Origin: Eledone cirrhosa
Lineage: Eukaryota
Assembly (NCBI GenBank): GCA_964016885.1
Contig: OZ024751.1
Coordinates: forward strand, 38,440,001 to 38,504,000
Length of the DNA: 64,000 nt
Direction of reading: 5' to 3'
The notes below the pieces were generated by a model, which made no database searches, was not told the origin of the DNA, and saw only the letters and a program-made list of their open reading frames with translations. The first letter of the stretch is position 1. The number at the start of each line of letters is the position of its first letter. Of the stretch, positions 28,727 through 44,706 are shown one piece after another. A program made the position numbers and the translations under genes.

Positions 28727-28793
28727 GCCACCCGGTCCAGAATCAAAGTGACAACCTCACGTTGATTGCCCAACCACTAAGCCGTGCGCCTTC
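28727..28793 (-). mobile_element. SINE family 3 tRNA-like head fragment
   Basis: Minus strand tgaaggcgcacggcttagtggtt...gaggttgtc...gattctggac matches the head at 48497. Confidence 0.5.
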
Positions 28794-31700
28794 ATATATA
28801 TACCTTTTACACACACACATATATATATAAATATATATATGTGTGTGTGTATGTTTGTTTGTATGTTTGTATTTATATGTATGCGTGTATGTTCATAGAT
28901 GTGTGTTTAAGTTTCGTTATCACCGAATTCCTTTAATGTTGGAAAACCTAAAAATAAAAATAAAATGCAGATTATATATAAGAAATTAACAACCTATAGA
29001 AAGCATCGACCTGATCATTAAGGTGTTTTACCAATCTGTAAATATACACTTTAACTACATCTTATGTGAAGTGGCCTTTGACCTAAAATCTAGGGTACAT
29101 ATTAATCAAATTAAATACAAGGATACATTTACTTTTGGCCTTCAGACATTCTGTAGTTCTAAGGGAGGGTAGGGTAGGGTAAAACGAATGTTTATGTATA
29201 GGTTTAGCTTCAGGAGTGGGACAAGAATGGTATAGTTGATGAAGAGCACCATGTTCAATTGAAAAACAGCGAGACACCATAAATCAAATGTGACACATTT
29301 GACCTGTGATTATTCAACTCTGCAGACACACTGTTCCATCAATCTAATGGTACATGTCAATGACCTTTACGTGTGTGTCGTAGTTTTTACAAGTTCTTTC
29401 TTTACTTACACATCGTTAATCGGACATTCGTACCAAGTTGTTATTTTGATTTGTGTTTAAATTAATTAAAAGGTTTGATGTAGGAAATAATTTTGAAACT
29501 TTTGTGACTTTTTCAGTTGCTATTTGATAATATAAGCGGTTTCATTAGTTAACTTATCAATGTCTGCCTGTCTGGAACATAGTTTATTAAGATGGACGAT
29601 TCTGTCGCAATTACACGAATATAAAGTAGATCTAAAGACTGAATGGATATCTGTCTGTTCGGTAATGTATTATAACATTATGGAATGTAAGAATGCAAAA
29701 TATTTGTGTCTGGTTTTTACATACTACACTGGTGTTGGACGAAAACACATAATTCTAAGCTCCTACTAACATTACACTATAACATGCTAGAACGTGTGGA
29801 TGACACAGCACTCATATTGAAGTAATTGGAGCGAAACTTCGCTCCGTTGAACCTTAACGTTCAAGAAACAATGTTGTTTTTAATGGAAGAACGCTGAATT
29901 CACCAAAATAACTTACCCTAAATACAGCATTTGCATACATATTTTTCTCTAGATCCCCTTGGGTCCTATACGTCATTATAATCATTATCGAGTTGGCACA
30001 AAAGAATTTAAATATATGAACAATATCAACATTTGAATAACCTGACACACATTTACCAATAGAATTATCAGCGCTGTAACTAGTCGGACTCAAGGTTAAT
30101 GTAAAATGTATGAGTTATGATCTCAAGGTAGTGGAATGAAAACCAGGAACAAGTATTCCTTGTCACTTGTGGGATTATTATATATATCCCACGTATTACA
30201 TATGTATATATATACACTAAGTAACAGATATACGACACCTCGCAAATATGTAATTGTCATACAAATTAAAAGCAGCTTATGAATATTCAAATATCAAAAG
30301 TGAACAATAAAACTAAGATAATTCAAGAAGTTTATTAATGCACTGTAAAAGAGAAGTGCCAACTTGAATGGAAAGTCTCTTCTCCTCGAGTTTGCGAGTC
30401 TGATGCGGATGAGAGTGTCAGTGAACGACACAGACATAAAGTTAGTTTATGCTGTAATTGGAGTAATTAATGTCTAAGGCTTACGTTTTGGAAACACTTT
30501 CGTCTGTAAGAAACTTACTCCATTCCATGTGGTAGAGTAGAAGTTTGAGACAGCTAAGGGCACTAGGGATTATTACAATTCGTAAATGAACTGCATATAT
30601 TTAACATGATTAAGAGCGTCAAATTCTTTAAAGTTGTATAGCGCTTACTCGTTTAAGAGGCACAATATGCTTTAAACAAACACAAGTTCACATTATTTTC
30701 ATCCATTCAGTCTGGATGAAGGCGAATAACAACCTATCATTCTTAAAATTATGGAGTTTCTTACCTGTAATAGCTATTTATAGACGAGTTTCAGTGCTAG
30801 CGAATTAAATATTTCGTCTAGTAGAATGAACCTTATTGGCGGAATATGTGTATAGCATGTTAATCACTAGTAATGTTCCAATTATTTTTCAGAACATAAT
30901 ATTACAATCATTCAATGTATAATCATGATGCTGATTGTATAGGGTTTGGAGTTGTTGAAGTTTTAATTAAGGTTTGGTTGAGAAGTAAAAGTTGTTGGCC
31001 TACAAAAATATTAAATGTATATGTAATTTTTTATTCATTCAAGGTTTAATATTAGCACAAACTAAGCGTATCCATGTTCCAGTTCGTTAGGTTTCTCTTA
31101 ATTAGGTAAAGTGCGAAAATTGATTGATTAATCGAAGCTGAAATAATCAGTGTTTAAATGATATTATTACTGAAATTAATCTACTGTAAAAGATTTATGT
31201 ATAATTTGATTAATAACATTTTCAACCTGTGATTAATATCAAGTTTCAATAAATGCTGTCTGTTTATCCATTATAAATAGACTTCAAAATTATCTAGGTT
31301 CAAATACTTCCGTAGTCAGTTATTTTCATAATTATTGAAATCGAATTACCAGCATAACAAAAAATAAAACATAATACTATAGAGATCATTTAATCGATAA
31401 AGGACTCCTTCCTCAAATAAAATATATGGATCTTGAGCGAGCTTCTATCACTGCAAAATATGTTACTTACATAGGCCATTTATGTTTTGCGTCTGATACA
31501 TTACCAGTTTTTATTAATTGTTATTTCATCGACACCGGAAATAAAAATGCGAAGTCTACCGTAAGTAAATATAGCAAGACATTGTGTAAAGTATTCTCAC
31601 GAATCTGCCAATCCATTGCACATCATTTCTCTGCAATATTGAATATTTAATGTCTTACTCATGTTATATTTTAGGGCGTAGAGCAGATGGAAATTTAAAC

Positions 31701-34575
31701 ACAGTCGATCCGGTACCAATTATTAACTGTTGGGATTGATTTAATGTGCAATTATTGTTTAGCCACATGTCATCCCAGAAAGATCATACGTATTGTAAAA
31801 GAAGATCGAATGGAGATCATCACGATACAATTCACCCAGACACAATGAGAAGTATTAGTACTGTGAAATATTTCCTGTACACGCCATAATTGTTTTATAA
31901 GTTATAATTATAACAAACTAGATATATAAAGTGTAAATGATGTTATCATTTGGTACATTATTAGAATCAGAAGGGTTCACGCAAAATGCTTGGCGAAATT
32001 CTTTTGGTCTCTATACATACATAATTCAAAACCTGACGAGGTCAAACTTGTTTTTCATTATTCCGCAGTCAATAAATTAAGAAATAGCAATCTAGTATGT
32101 GTATCGTTGTAATCGACGTCTCTTCTCCCCCAAATTGTTGGCCATATTCCTAAATATTCCTAATATTCCTAAATCAGTATCAGCTATTTTTCTCTTGTAT
32201 TTCATAGATAAAAATGGTCCAATGCTGCAACTTAGTGTCTATAGTAATAGGAAAGTGATTTTTAGATCAATTCAATTAACATTTAAGTGTGCATTTTAAA
32301 CACGTATATTTTATTTACTTTTATATGAATTTCCAATTGGCTTTTATACGAGTGTGCATAATAGATAAATTCTTAAGATATTATGGGTATTCGAAATATA
32401 TTAAATCTCCTCTATAAAAATTCTCATAAAAAGTTTTATGAAAATAACATCTAATTATTATATAAATAAATTTACTTCTCCAAATGGTTACCTTATCTGA
32501 ATTCTACAAACACGGATATAAAATAAACGAAAGAAACTCATAAAACTTGTAATTTTAAACCTGAATTAATGAACATGATTATTGATTTAGGAGAAATGTG
32601 GATGGTTATATTTTTATGGGTTTTTTTTTTTAGTGTTGTCGACAATTTTCTCTTTGTATATTTTTTTGTTTAGAAATTAGGGAAATCAAATTTTCTCCCA
32701 ATATGATATATAATGTTAATTTTACCATTGAATGATTGCAATTTTGTATGGCTTTCTGGCCGATGAACAATTAAAAACAAATTCCAACATCAAGGAATAT
32801 ATATTTTCAATCATATACGTTTTCAGAAGACATTTCTGAAAGACCATAAACTATATTTAATTCAATCTCTTTTTTTTTTTGTTTTTCGTTTTTGTTTTTA
32901 CTGACATACTAATAACCTTTTTTTATGAATTAAAATAATTAGGTAAGGGAGGGGAGTTGGCGAATCTGAGCACACATATATAAACTAGATCAATTAATTA
33001 ATGAGTTCAAATTTTTGCCAATTTAATACACTTCCAATAATCTTAAGGTCTATAAAGCGGTGACTAGAAGAATAATATTTTCATATGGATTATATGAACT
33101 GTACTACATAAAACAGACTTGCATCTATTCATATTAAATAAACATCTAAATGTAAGAATGAAGTTAATAATTGTAACATGAACACAACTTAAAAACAAAT
33201 TCAAATTCCTAGCGAGACTTCTCTATGATTATTCTATATACACATATCGTATATGTATTCATATGGACCTTTATTACAAGTATAACACTTGAATTTAGGT
33301 TCGAAACACGCCCGGTTAATCAATTATCCGTCGTTGAAGATATTGTACATAAATATATTGTTCATATATCGATAAAATAAAGGCTGACCTATGGTTAAAA
33401 ATAACAAAATAATAACAAACAACAAAACAAAACAAATTCCCAGACACTATATATATTGCACGAAACAAAAATAACTTTTGAACTCGAATTATCATAGGAT
33501 TGGCCACAATATATATAGATATACATTTAAATAAAGTTTCTCCATGTAAATTGACATCACACAACCTCGATTATTTCCAGGAGGATTGAAGCTGCTAGGC
33601 GAAGTCTCACGCTAATATAAAAAATTAACTTCTAAATACTTCATATCAAGCATTATTTGAAATAGTTCTCTACCGTCTGATTGTTATATCCTATCAAAAT
33701 TCGATTTCTGTTGAGCTATTCTATTCATTCATCTGCATGATATATACAGGTCACTGGACGAAAGGAAAAACAAACATCTTACTCTAGAATGTTATCTATT
33801 CATTTGTACAAGTAATTTTTGGCAAATCGATCATGGTTTTTTTTTTTTTTTCTATTTTTTTCCCTCGCTTCTAACCAAAGAATTTTGTATTAATTCTAAC
33901 CGATCTTATACTAATGATTCTAGCCAACGGTAAATCATACCTTCTTTCGAAATCACATTTTTGGAACTCTCCCCATATTTTTTTCAGCTCTACCGATTTT
34001 CTCACTATTTCGAGTTCACAATTGCATATAATTCTCATTTCCATTTCACATCTATTCTCATTTCTATTTTATCAAATCACCTCATTTTCTCTTTTCTTCT
34101 TTATTCATTTCTCTTCTACTTCCATATGTTTTCTCTTTCATTCTTATTTCCCTCACCCCAGCCACAAGCCTCATTAGCATTAAGCAATTTCTACCTCTCC
34201 CAGTGCAACGCCAGTTTTGGTTAACATTGTAAATTATTTTGGCTTACCTGAATAATCAATTTGGCGTTTTGCCTATCTTGACGGCTCGTCTGTTTTTCAT
34301 GCTGATTATATGATTGGAAATAGCTAAGGACCATTTGTGCGAATCTCTACAAGGTTTCGCTTCAGCGATCATATTGCTTCTGTAGGTATCAAAGTTTGCT
34401 TTTATGATATCACTCAGGCTTTAATGAAAGTTGATATATGTTTTTTGTAAGTTGAAATAAAAGAAAACTGATGTTATAATGGCTAGAGACATTTCCCTCT
34501 TTATACTAGTAAAGATACATTTTATTTATGAATATTGAGAAACAGACACATTAGATTTCTCCTTATTACACACAC

Positions 34576-34611
<36 letters not shown>

Positions 34612-34624
34612 TATATATATATAC

Positions 34625-34669
<45 letters not shown>

Positions 34670-35005
34670 GTATACAAAACGAGAGAGAGAGGGACATATT
34701 ATTTATGCCTAATGCACATTCAGACTAGCACACAGACTAATATGTAGAAATTATTTAGTACTAATGATTGGGTCAGAATATAGAGATGGAGAGAGGGAGA
34801 GATGTATATCATTCTCTCTCTTTGTATTTACGGACTATTAGATATAATGGCTTGGAAAATAAGTCCATTTTTGTGTAGGTACTATATCATCAGGAGCTCA
34901 AGCCTGTCGTTTCGTATACACATTACAAATCGCTTATACTTAAAATATATTGGTCATAAATACATTATTTATGTCTCTCTCTCTTAAATATATATATATA
35001 TATAT

Positions 35006-35160
35006 AGTAATAAATTTGAAGACTAAAATCCAAAGAGGGCTCGATAAGGATAAATATATATCAAATATATAAGAACCGTAGAGCAAATATCTATTGAAAT
35101 AACAGATTAAAATAACAGATTAAAGTTTCACCCTTAACGGGATCTGATATTTTAATAAAT
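35006..35160 (-). mobile_element. TA-inserted family B copy with internal deletion
   Basis: Antisense tail plus tttcacccttaacgggatct; (TA)n both sides. Confidence 0.85.
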
Positions 35161-35276
35161 ATATATATATATATACTGAGTGAGAGAGAATGAAAGAGAA
35201 AGCACTAAAGAGAGAGAGGGGGTAAGGAGAAGAGATGGAGTGATATATATAGAAAGATTGGTAGATGTTTGACGGA

Positions 35277-35307
<31 letters not shown>

Positions 35308-36619
35308 CATTATCAATTAATATAAGGAAACTAGGGGCACAGAATTAATTAATTAATTAATTAATTTTCCAGCAATTTGAGAGACTATACAATGAGTCCA
35401 ATGCCTCACATAATGTATAGATACATAATTCTCTCTTTCTCTTCTACGATATCAACATATAATGATATAAATATATATGTTGATGAAACAAACGAAAAAC
35501 GTACGATTATTGTTTATTTGAAAACCTGCTAGTTATATTAGAGTACCCTTTTATTCTAGTCAACATTAAGATTAGAATTAATAACACATTATGTATCTTG
35601 CGGGATCATATACTTCAACAATCCGAAAGTTTTTCATCCTTATGATCTTCTCTTCCATACAACAGCAAAAATAAAATCTCCCAATTTTAGACCGTTCACA
35701 TAAATACTTATCCATGTTTCATTTACGTTCGCTAATTAAATATCTGAAATTATTATCAATAGAGAAGAGCCATAGAATGTGATGTGATAAAGAGAGAGAA
35801 ATATTTGAAATGAATGCTAAGAGCTTCAACTACACAGAATTCTAACAAATATGGCTTCTCGCAATCAATGGAAGTTGCGCGTTTTGTTTCAGGTTTTCTT
35901 TCAAGTGGTCTAACGCATTGTTATACCCGGGACAGTATCAATCAGATGATGATCAATAAATCTTCAAATACGTTTGGAAACTAATTATCTAAGAATATTC
36001 AATGATTTCTAACGATTAGGAATGTACATTTTATTATATATTAGCCACTATTATCCTATCGTGAACAAAACAATGCATAGAGTCTTTCTTTTCTTAGCAG
36101 CAATTTTAAATGCAGTTCTTTGATAGTAAACGACACGATGTTGGATATCAGACGTTGTTGAAGAATCAGTGACTATATGTAGAGTATTAGCTTTGACAAG
36201 ATATTTGAATTGATCTTATTATTAGAAAGTTTATTGCAGCAACCGAGCGTTAACCGATTATTTAAAGCTCAAGTACAATACATTGAATATTACATGCTTT
36301 CACGAATTGACCTTTGAAAATTAGCAAAGACATCAGAAATGCGCGCCATTCAAAATACTATCAACGCAATCGGGATTTACCAAATTATGATAATGCGTTC
36401 ATAGACATTGTTCCCTGGGGTGTAAATGAGTTTTGGTGAAAGTTGTGTTGCTACAAGGGACGTGTTTCAATTCTATTCAATATTACAACTGTGGCATGGT
36501 ATTATAAGGAGTTAATGTTCATGATAAAATCGATTATATGTTCGGTAAAAACACACAAACTACTTAATCACATACGGACACGGATAATTGCTTAAATATA
36601 GACATTAATGATACTATTG

Positions 36620-36674
<55 letters not shown>

Positions 36675-37670
36675 GTTATTGGCGGACGTAAAAATGAGTA
36701 CTCCATACCGAGATAGTGTTTAAATATTGTAGGTAAGTGGTGAAACTGATGATGGTTGAGTCTCACCACTTAGCCACAATATATATATATACATATGTTT
36801 GTATGTGTTCGTGTATGTGTGTGTGTTCGAAATAGGACTAAATAAACTATATTTCCATTGTCATATTAAGGGGAGGTAAAGCCCCCCCCCCCCCCCCCCA
36901 GGCAGAAGTATCAATTATATCTGGTGACCTTGGTAAGTTTTTACTTGAGGAAGGTAGACACGGAATACATATACCAACACATCCAATCCGATTCTTTTAT
37001 AATTCTACCACTACGGCCCTGTTAGAATTGTAATTCATTTATCGACCTTAAATGAATGAGGTGCTAGGATTTCAACTCAACGCAGAAACGGCTAGAACGA
37101 AGACCTCAAAATCGTTTTCGATGCCACAACTCCCATATATATCGTTGTCTGTATGGATGTGGAAGCGTATCTGTATTCTCCATTAAGTGTCTATTGCAGT
37201 CAGTTTGTGTATGTTGATTTTGGTAACAAATTGGCGTTCAATTTGGGATGTTTGCTAAGGGTTAATAGCCTGATTGGAGTTATACCAGTCTTATTTACGT
37301 ATATGTATATAATATATACCTATCTTATAGTTTCAGTTTGATGCCGCATAAGTTGGAAGGGAGTCATTTAAAGAATAATAAAACGGCCTTTATTTCCAAT
37401 TTCATTTTCTATAAAGATATATATATCAACTGAAATATCCTGTTTCTTTGTCCCAACACAGATCATACGAGTACCATAGAAACCAGTATTGGTAAATATT
37501 TTTACCCGACTATTTACCACTAGCCTGTATTATTTTCTTTTGCTTGTCTGAAGCTGATAATCGCAATTGTCAGAATGCTCAAATGTTCCATTCAATTACA
37601 ATGCACCGATAGCAATAGATAAAAGTATTTCGATAAACGACTTGCTGTGAAATATATCCTGTCAATACAA

Positions 37671-37735
<65 letters not shown>

Positions 37736-38947
37736 TGTAATGTAGCAAGTTCTGCTTTGCAGCTGCTTAACTTTATTACAAATCTACCATACTGAACCGG
37801 CAAGCAAAGTCATCTATTTTTACCATATTTGATGTATTACAGCTGTTTAAAAAAGCTGACCAACAAATCAGTTTTGTTATTCATTGTGCATTTCACCGCG
37901 ATTATCCATTATGCATATCTAAATACCAACTAAAAAAAATGTAACCGGGAAATAAATATTTTTGTAAATAAAATAAATTAGCACAGGTCATCTCCATGAG
38001 TAAGAATTCAGATAAGCAGAGCTACTAATAATGTTGATACCAACATCAATACTTTATGTGTGTTTATTATCTAAAAATTGTATTTGTTTGGCATATGACT
38101 TGATCCGAGACCATGTGTTGAAATACAATCAGCTATGTAATAGACGACTCATTTTATTCAATCAAAGCCACACGGTAACTGTGATCACTCTCAGTATCAA
38201 ATAATTCGCAAAGTGTGACAAAACGTTTGATATCAAGTAATACATCAAAAAGTTAAAGTTAATTTAACCGTTGTTTTTCAACATGTTGTATTTTGACTGA
38301 GTTACTTTGTTTTTCTTTACACAGTTAACTGAGACTATTTTCACAAGTTGAATATTTCTGTAATTAACCTGTTTGCTATTAAATGAAATATGACGGTTAT
38401 TTCGTAAACCAGGCGTCATAAAATTAAACAATCATTTTTTTTTTGCTATTGAAATATCGCTGATACATCTCCTACCATGTGTATCTCTAAATATATGCAT
38501 GTTCTTATATATGTAAGGAATAATTATGTTATTGAATGCATTTCTTTCTAATTTAGCTTTTAATGTTCCTTTTTTAAAAAAAACATAATTTCATTATCGC
38601 AATTCTTCACCTGCCTCTCCATATTTTTATGTTTTTATTGGAGGTAAAACAAAAAAACTTTATATATGTTAACAGACGCAAATTGGTGTGAATCTAAGAC
38701 ATCGGCAATCTCTTTGATGTTCAACTAATTAATTCAGTATAAAACCCAATGAGATAATTACATTAGGATTATTGTTAATCAATTTCCATCTGGTTTCTCC
38801 GCACAAATTAATAAAAAAAACATTGGGACTCATTAGATTTATAAGATTTGAACAAGAAAATTTGTGAAGAACCTTCACGATATAAGTGTCTGCTAATGCT
38901 ACCTGAAATATCGATAGAAACCCACATACAAAACGCATATGCATGCA

Positions 38948-38984
<37 letters not shown>

Positions 38985-39176
38985 GGAACGAGTAGGACCC
39001 CGACGGCTGAGCTCAAGCCGTTTCGACGGCTAATTCTGGAGTCCAGAATTAGCCGTCGAAACGGCTTCAGCTCAGCCGTCGGGGCCCTATTTGTTCCTAT
39101 TACCCACTCTACTACCATAAGTATTGAGTACTTTGGTGCGTTATGGTCCACCTGGTTCCTTACCACATTTCCTTCG

Positions 39177-39178
<2 letters not shown>
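38985..39178 (+). mobile_element. TA-inserted palindromic family A copy
   Basis: Near-identical to the 18787 copy, but palindrome centre is aattctggagtccagaatt. Confidence 0.9.
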
Positions 39179-39214
<36 letters not shown>

Positions 39215-39346
39215 GCATTCATGGTGTTATAAGCCTGTGTGTGAAAGAGGAGGGGATCGTTGAATTACCAATTTAAAATTTCGTAGCGACGTTGCAGATA
39301 TGTTTATTTACATGAGTATTTATATGATTCAATATAAATATACATT

Positions 39347-39388
<42 letters not shown>

Positions 39389-39589
39389 GAGAGGGAGAGA
39401 GAGAGATAAAAATAGATATATATTTACAAAGACATAAAATGTACATAAGCATGGCATAAGAAACCACATATCGTCTTGAGGCAATAAATACAAAGCAAAT
39501 CGAAAGGAAATATTGCATATGATGAAAGATATTGATGAAACAAAAGAGTACACAAGTTTAAAGGGTTCACATATTACCAGAATTACATT

Positions 39590-39757
<168 letters not shown>

Positions 39758-41029
39758 TGTGTGTGTTTGTGTGTATGTGTCTGTGTGCGTGTGTTTGATT
39801 ACATATATATATATATATATTGAAAGAGAGGCAGAGAGACCTTGTGGGTGTGAATATAATTACAATTACAAAAACATGGGTTTATGTTATATAGGCTTGT
39901 ATATTTGTCTAATAAATTGTATGAAATGAATGAATTAAGATAATGGGAGAGAGATATTAAGCGATAGAATAAGGCTGAGGTAATGAAAATTACTAATGAT
40001 AAAACGCGTAGAATAAGAAGAGAAATAAATTGTGGAAATAAGCATAAAATTAAAAGACATTAATGAAGCTAAGTATCATTAATTTAAGCTTACACGAGTT
40101 AATTAGATGATAGCACTTAGATTTCAATCAAAAGGAACCCCAGGAGTATTTTAGCATTACAAACATTTCATTAAATTCACTGGACAATTTGGTTGTGAGG
40201 CAAACAAAAGCAATTCATTTATAAATCTTTTCGTTTTCGTTTGTTTACGTAAATAGCAAGCAGCTTTGACATAGAAATGAAAAGCTAGCTTTCATTGTTG
40301 TCGCGTCGCACGTAAGCCGAAGGCCGGCTCTTATGGAAGCTTTAAGTGTTACTGCACGTTAGTAAGTATTTAATTAAGTGTGTTTAGCCTAAAAACTAGA
40401 ACAGTATTCTAACATTCCTAAATTCTGACAACTGTCTGTCACTTTTATTTTCACTGATATTTCAATGGAATTGTTCCACTCGCCATTTTCAAGTGGATTT
40501 GCATTTGTTTCACAAGTTGACAGAAACAAATTACAACAAGAACAAATCTGAAATGCCGCAATAGATGTAATGATGTGATGTAAATGCTGATGAAAAAAGA
40601 GAAATATATCGCAAATAAATTACAAAAGTAATGCAGAATTAAACAAATATGTTAAATTACTATCAAATTATGAAGTGGTTAACATCAACATTTTATTATG
40701 TAATTAACAGTTATATTTATTGTGATTGTAAAATTATGGGTTGTATAGTGCAGCACTAAGCTGTAAACCTCGAAGCCTAATTAAAAGGTGGTATGGATTT
40801 TTTAAAGAAAGTAAGTACAATAATGGAGTGAGAACTAAAGTACCGAAAGACAAATAAATAGAACTAGTTTACTTCATATTACATGAAATGAAAAATATAG
40901 AAATATTCAAGGGTAATCGCACTCAGTCGATAGGACGAGGTAATTATAATGAGTTACAACAGGTATATATACAGGTACGTTAAGATTTGTTGGATTATAC
41001 ACCCCAACTCATTCAACCTGCTACACAAA

Positions 41030-41180
41030 ATAACTGTTTCTACTTTAGGCACAAGGCCAGCAATTACCCAGTGCATTACTGGTACTTTATTTTATCGACC
41101 CCGTAAGGATGAAAGGCAAAGTCAACCTCGGCGGGATTTGAACTCAGATCGTAAAGGGACGTAACTATGCTGGAAAGCAT
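41030..41180 (-). mobile_element. SINE family 1, 5'-truncated
   Basis: ggcacaaggccagcaatt...tttatcgaccccgtaaggatgaaaggcaaagtcaacctcggcgggatttgaactcag. Confidence 0.85.
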
Positions 41181-41250
41181 ACAAAATAACGAAACATAAT
41201 TACCTGTATATGACACTGTTGTAACTAATAACTAATTATATATATATATA

Positions 41251-41415
41251 GGAAAAGAGTCAGGAACCCGACGGCTGAGCTCCGGCCGTTTTGAAACGGC
41301 TGGAGCTCAGCCGTGAGGGTCCTGACTATTTTCCTATTACCCACTCTACTTCCCTAAGTAACGAATACTCTGGTGCTTTATGGTCCACCTGGTATCTTAC
41401 CACACCTTCTTTGTT
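41251..41415 (+). mobile_element. TA-inserted palindromic family A copy (variant, shorter arms)
   Basis: Centre ccgttttgaaacgg; same tail motif tattacccactctact...tatggtccacctgg. Confidence 0.85.
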
Positions 41416-41456
41416 ATATACATATATATATATATCTACATACATATATATCTATC

Positions 41457-41526
<70 letters not shown>

Positions 41527-41528
<2 letters not shown>

Positions 41529-41690
41529 AACGAGTAGGACCCCGACGGCTGAGCTCAAGCCGTTTCGACGGCTAATTCTGGACTCAGCCGTCGGGGTCCT
41601 ACTCTTTCCTATTACCCACTCTACTACCCTAAGTATTGAGTACTTTGGTGCGTTATGGTCCACCTGGTTCCTTACCACATTTCCTTCGTT
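41527..41690 (+). mobile_element. TA-inserted family A copy (asymmetric arms)
   Basis: Left arm runs to aattctggactc, then joins the sense strand at agccgtcgggg through a shared ctc. Confidence 0.9.
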
Positions 41691-41718
41691 ATATATATAT
41701 ATATACATATATATATAT

Positions 41719-41770
<52 letters not shown>

Positions 41771-42726
41771 GGAGGGGATGAGTGTGTGTGTGTGTGTCTG
41801 TGTGTGTCTGTGTCTGTGTCTGTGTGAATTTAAAAGATTGTGTGTCTTTGCATGTATATAGAATCAGTGACATTCTCATAAGTTCTCAAAATGCAATACG
41901 GGATTTGATGTCTCGTTCGAAATACGCGCACGAAACCCTCCAATAAAAACTGTATTAGATTGATGGTTGATAAATCTCGACAAAGACCATTATACATAAA
42001 TATTGTAAACGGTATATAAATGCTGCTCATTACCATATTATTTTGTCGACAGTAATATGCACATAACAATGCAATAGACACACAGACACAAACACAACCC
42101 ACCGCATGCTCTCACACACTCTCTCTCACACATCTCTCTCACACTCTCTCTCTGTATATATATATATATATTGAGAGTGAGCGAGATCGTTATATAGACA
42201 GATAGATAAAGATATGAGCAAAAAATAGACATTACTATTAAAACACTCGTGTGCTTCTTATTGCAAAGCCTAAAGAATGTATAGAATGTCTTGCTTGTTT
42301 ATTGTTGTTATTTTTGGTCTTATCATCATCATCGTCATATATTTGTTTCCAGCATTCTTGAAAATATTGCGTAAAAACTTTTGGGAGAGAAAAAAATGGG
42401 AAGAACGGTGGAAACAGCTGAAGTTAATGACAGTCTTAAGATTTACATATAATATTGTGTTACGCAGTTAGTTTTCTTTTTGTTGAAAACTTAATCATTC
42501 TTAAACAAATATGAGTGAGAAAAGGGAAGAAAAACAACATTATACTTTTAAAAAATGTTAGAATTTATTTTCATCCTATGGCCAAAATATATTTTAAATA
42601 TGTAACAGTGGGTAATTATGAGCAAGGATTTTGCAACGATTTCAAATTACAGTAATGTCTGTGTATGTGTGTGTATGTGTATGTGTGTGTGTATGTGTGT
42701 GTGTGTGTATGTGTGTGTATGTGTGT

Positions 42727-42770
<44 letters not shown>

Positions 42771-42925
42771 GTGTGTGTGTGCGTGCGCGCGTAGAATTTA
42801 CAAAGTATAAATATGGGTGTAGTTTATATAGGTTTACGTATAATTTCTTTCTAGAGATGTGATCACAGAAGCAAGTGAGACAATGATCTTACTCCTCACA
42901 TTCACACAAATACACATGCATGTAC

Positions 42926-43025
<100 letters not shown>

Positions 43026-44643
43026 TTATGTGTGTTTGTATACATAACACACATTCGGAGTCAACAAAACGTTATCCAACCGATCACTCTAGAGAATAAG
43101 TTGGATACATTTTTAATGGGTTTAAAATTTATGAGATATTTCACGAATATTTGCGAATATTTTCAGCTGGTCGAGCATTTAAACTCATACTTTCTTTTGA
43201 CATATTTACTGGGTGCTAGATTTATACAAACGTAATTTACATAGAATTGAACTTGTCTTTAAGCTTTTCCTTTGAGTACTTCCAATTCTGGTAAATTTGA
43301 TGCACATTTCACGACCTTCTTCAGAGCAAAACACGTCATATAATATTCTCTTTTCTTTCTTTCTACCGTTCTCACATTCCATTCTATCTGTCTCTCCCGT
43401 TTTCGTTCTAATCTGTCGTGCTTTTATTCTGACTATATACATGAGTATGATAGCGCATATATGTGTATATCACCGGACACACATACGAACATATATATAT
43501 TTATGTGTATTGGTGTGTGTGTTTATGAGTATATATACATACATATGAGTGTCAGTGTCTGATTGTGTCTGCGTCAACATGTATCACTGTCTGCAGTTCT
43601 CATGCCAGTAACATTTTCAATTATCAAATCATTATAAGATTCGCTGAAAATTTATCCTCTAATTACATGAGACACCTGAGGTCAAATGGTACTTTATAAT
43701 GGCTGAAGTTGATTGGTCGATTTATGCTACGAAAATAGTAAATGTTCATTTTTAGATCCTTCCAAGAATACGTCTATTTTTCACTGTAAAAACATAGCCT
43801 GGGAGATTTTTACCGAAGCCGATTCGATTCGATTCAAATGAAGTGGTGTTAATCCGCTCCGCAGTTGTGCAAACACAAATAAACGTCATTGACAATAACA
43901 ACAGCAACAACAGCAGCAGCCGTCCAGACAGACTTTTGTTTAATTCTTACAAGTGATAGAGATCTTTTTACTAATGAACCTGTATGTGTTTTGAAAGCCT
44001 CTGAAATCACTTATATATTACTGACACTTCATTTCTTCATAGTAATGAAATATATGTCCGTGCTTGTCCGAATGAAAAACCAGAGAGAAAATACCATAAT
44101 AATTAAGAACAAAGCAATTACGAATCAGTTCTTTAATTTCTAATGTGCGAAGCGGGAATACAAATACAAACACACACCATACAACATGTCTGATTGAATG
44201 CAGAAAAACTAAATAAGTAAAAATGATGTTAACAATTGATTCGCTTGACTAAGCAAACGTTTGTTTCAGTAATGGTTGACTGCTTTGTTACTTGCCTAGA
44301 TTTTATATTGCAATATCCGTTTCCACTAGCGGGGGGTCGTTTAGGAATGAATTAACTAGTGGATCAAATTGTACTAGTCGTACAATACTCCAGATAATTC
44401 GTAAGTTCCTTTGTCCAAGCAAATCAGGAACTTCCGAAGCAAGTTTCCGCCGTCTGTCAGGACATCCACTTTATAGTTATTTGAGGCTCAGTAGAGTGAA
44501 AACATAGACGAAACCGTATTACTAACTCATAATAAAAGGATTCCCCTAATATGTCTGACAACAATTCCTTTCATTTTATTCTTTTTCCTATAGAATGTAT
44601 ATACGTGTGTACATATCCCTCACTCTATGTGTATGTATATTTG

Positions 44644-44706
<63 letters not shown>

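Noticed and set aside
36724-36772. CTGATGA inside a 10 bp hairpin; other isolated CTGANGA matches near 17906, 40587, 50590, 54473
   Set aside because: No downstream GAAA with stems II and III, so not called hammerheads
44480-44540. cagtagagt...acgaaaccgta...aataaa as a degenerate hammerhead
   Set aside because: Core and stems too poor to support
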